A DNA stretch of 64,000 bases from contig NC_052152.1 of NCBI RefSeq assembly GCF_902713615.1, positions 116,094,033 to 116,158,032 on the forward strand. The letters run 5' to 3'. Positions 62,500 through 64,000 of this stretch are shown here, one piece after another. The stretch is from Scyliorhinus canicula. Lineage: Eukaryota. The first letter of the stretch is position 1. The number at the start of each line of letters is the position of its first letter. Position numbers and translations under genes: made by a program. Below the pieces are notes generated by a model. That model ran no database searches, had not been told where the DNA came from, and was given only the letters and a program-made list of their open reading frames with translations.

Positions 62500-63800
62500 T
62501 TTATTTATTTACAGGATTTGGACATCGCTGGTTAGGCCAGCATTTATTTCCCACCCCTAGTTACCCTTAAGAAGGTGGTGGTGAGTTGCCTTCTTGAACC
62601 GCTGCAGTCCCTGAAGTGTAGGTACACCCACTGTGCTGTTAGGGAGGGAGTTCCAGGATATTACCCCAGCGACAGTGAAGGAACAGCGATATAATTCCAA
62701 GTCGGGATGGTGAGTGACTTGGAGGGGAACCTCCAGGTGATGGGGTTCCCAGGTATCTGCAGCTCTTGTCCTTCTAAATAGTAGTGGTAATGGGTTTGGA
62801 AGGTGCTGTCTAAGGAACCTTGGCGAATTACTGCAGTGCATCTTGTAAATGGTACACATGGTTGCCACTGTTTGTCGGTGGGGGATTTTTGAGGAAGGGG
62901 GAATAATTAAGCGAGCTGCTTTGTCCTGGACGGTGTTGAGCTTCTTGAGTGTTGCACTCATCCAATAAAGTGGAGAGTATTCCATTACAGTCCTGACTTG
63001 TGTTTTGTAGATGGTGGACAGGCTTTGGGGGTCAGGAGGTAAGTTTTTAAAAAATAAATTAAGAGTACCCAATTCCTTTTTTTCCAATTAAGGGACAATT
63101 CACCTACCCTGCACATTGTTTTGCGTTGTGGGGGTGAGACTCACGCAGACATGGGGAGAGTGTGCAAACTCCACATGGACAGTGACCCGGGACCTGGATC
63201 GAACCTGGATCCTCAGCGCTGTGAGGCAGCAGTGCAAACCGCTGCACCACCGTGCTGCCCAGGAGGCGAGTTACTCGCCGTAGGATTCCGAGCCTTTGAC
63301 CTGCCCTGGTAGCCAGAATATTTATGTGGCTAGTCCAGTTCAGTTTCTGATCAATGATAATCCCCAAGATGTTGATTGTGGGGGATTCAGTGATGGTAAT
63401 GCCATTGAGTGTCAAGGGGTGATGGTTAGATCCTCTTTTGTAGGAGATGGTCATTGCCCGACACTTATGTGGTGCAAATGTAACTTGCCGCTTGTTAGCC
63501 CAAGCCTGGATATTGCGTAGGTCTTGCTGCATTTGGACATGAACTGCTTTATTATCTGCGGAGTCGCAAGTAACTTCATTGTAATGTTAATGTAACCCTA
63601 CTTGTGACAATAATAAAGATTATTATTGTTATTAAAAATGTGCTGGGCATTGTGCAGTCATCTGCGAACATCCCCACTTCTGACTTTATGACGGAAGGGA
63701 GATCATTGATGAAGTAGCGGAAGATGGTTGGGCCTGAACACCACCCTGAGGAACTATTGCAGGATGTCCTGGAACTGAAATGATTGACCTCCAACCACCA
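62500..63800 (-). mobile_element. CR1/L2-clade LINE 3' part (same family at 46190-46790 +, 56905-57570 +, 19340-20590 -)
   Basis: FINDLPSVI..VGMFADDCT; KLNWTSHIN..ATRAGQRLGIL; STIYKTQVRTVMEYSP. Confidence 0.8.
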
Positions 63801-64000
63801 TTTATTTTTTTTAAAATATTTTTATTAAGGTATTTGAACATTTTTACAATAATAACATTAACAATGACATGAACATGGTATAATAAACATTTGCACCCCC
63901 ATCCCAATCTTCACACACCCCCAACCATAAAACAACAATTCTCCCCCCCCTCCGGAATACTGCATCCGCTGACATTTAATATCCCCCCCCCCCCCCCGGG

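Overview
Vertebrate nuclear DNA, almost certainly from a shark (V-SINE/HE1-type SINEs, a Deu-domain SINE, CR1, Rex1/Babar, RTE, L1, Penelope, Harbinger and LTR elements). There are two convergent host genes. The first is a KBTBD6/7-type BTB-BACK-Kelch gene on + (CDS 6041-6472 + 9573-11060, 639 aa) with a CpG promoter built from a ~51-bp tandem CCAAT/GC-box module. The second is MTRF1 (mitochondrial release factor 1) on -, with 9 coding exons that I reconstructed by hand (49954 to 23103, 446 aa, GGQ intact) and a probable NRF1/ZNF143 promoter and non-coding exon near 56.5 kb. The most notable unexplained structures are: (1) minimal Penelope-type hammerhead ribozyme motifs, including a back-to-back pair with a U3-A8 core covariation in a TSD-flanked palindrome; (2) long sense-strand G-rich arrays starting just after the first splice donor of both genes; (3) modular SINEs that swap tails between different LINE partners; (4) a fold-back LTR/PBS/gag rearrangement; (5) an ORF1-only L1; (6) a templated inverted micro-insertion. 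Most long ORFs in the track are low-complexity artefacts. Gene and family assignments come from motif recognition only; no database search was run.
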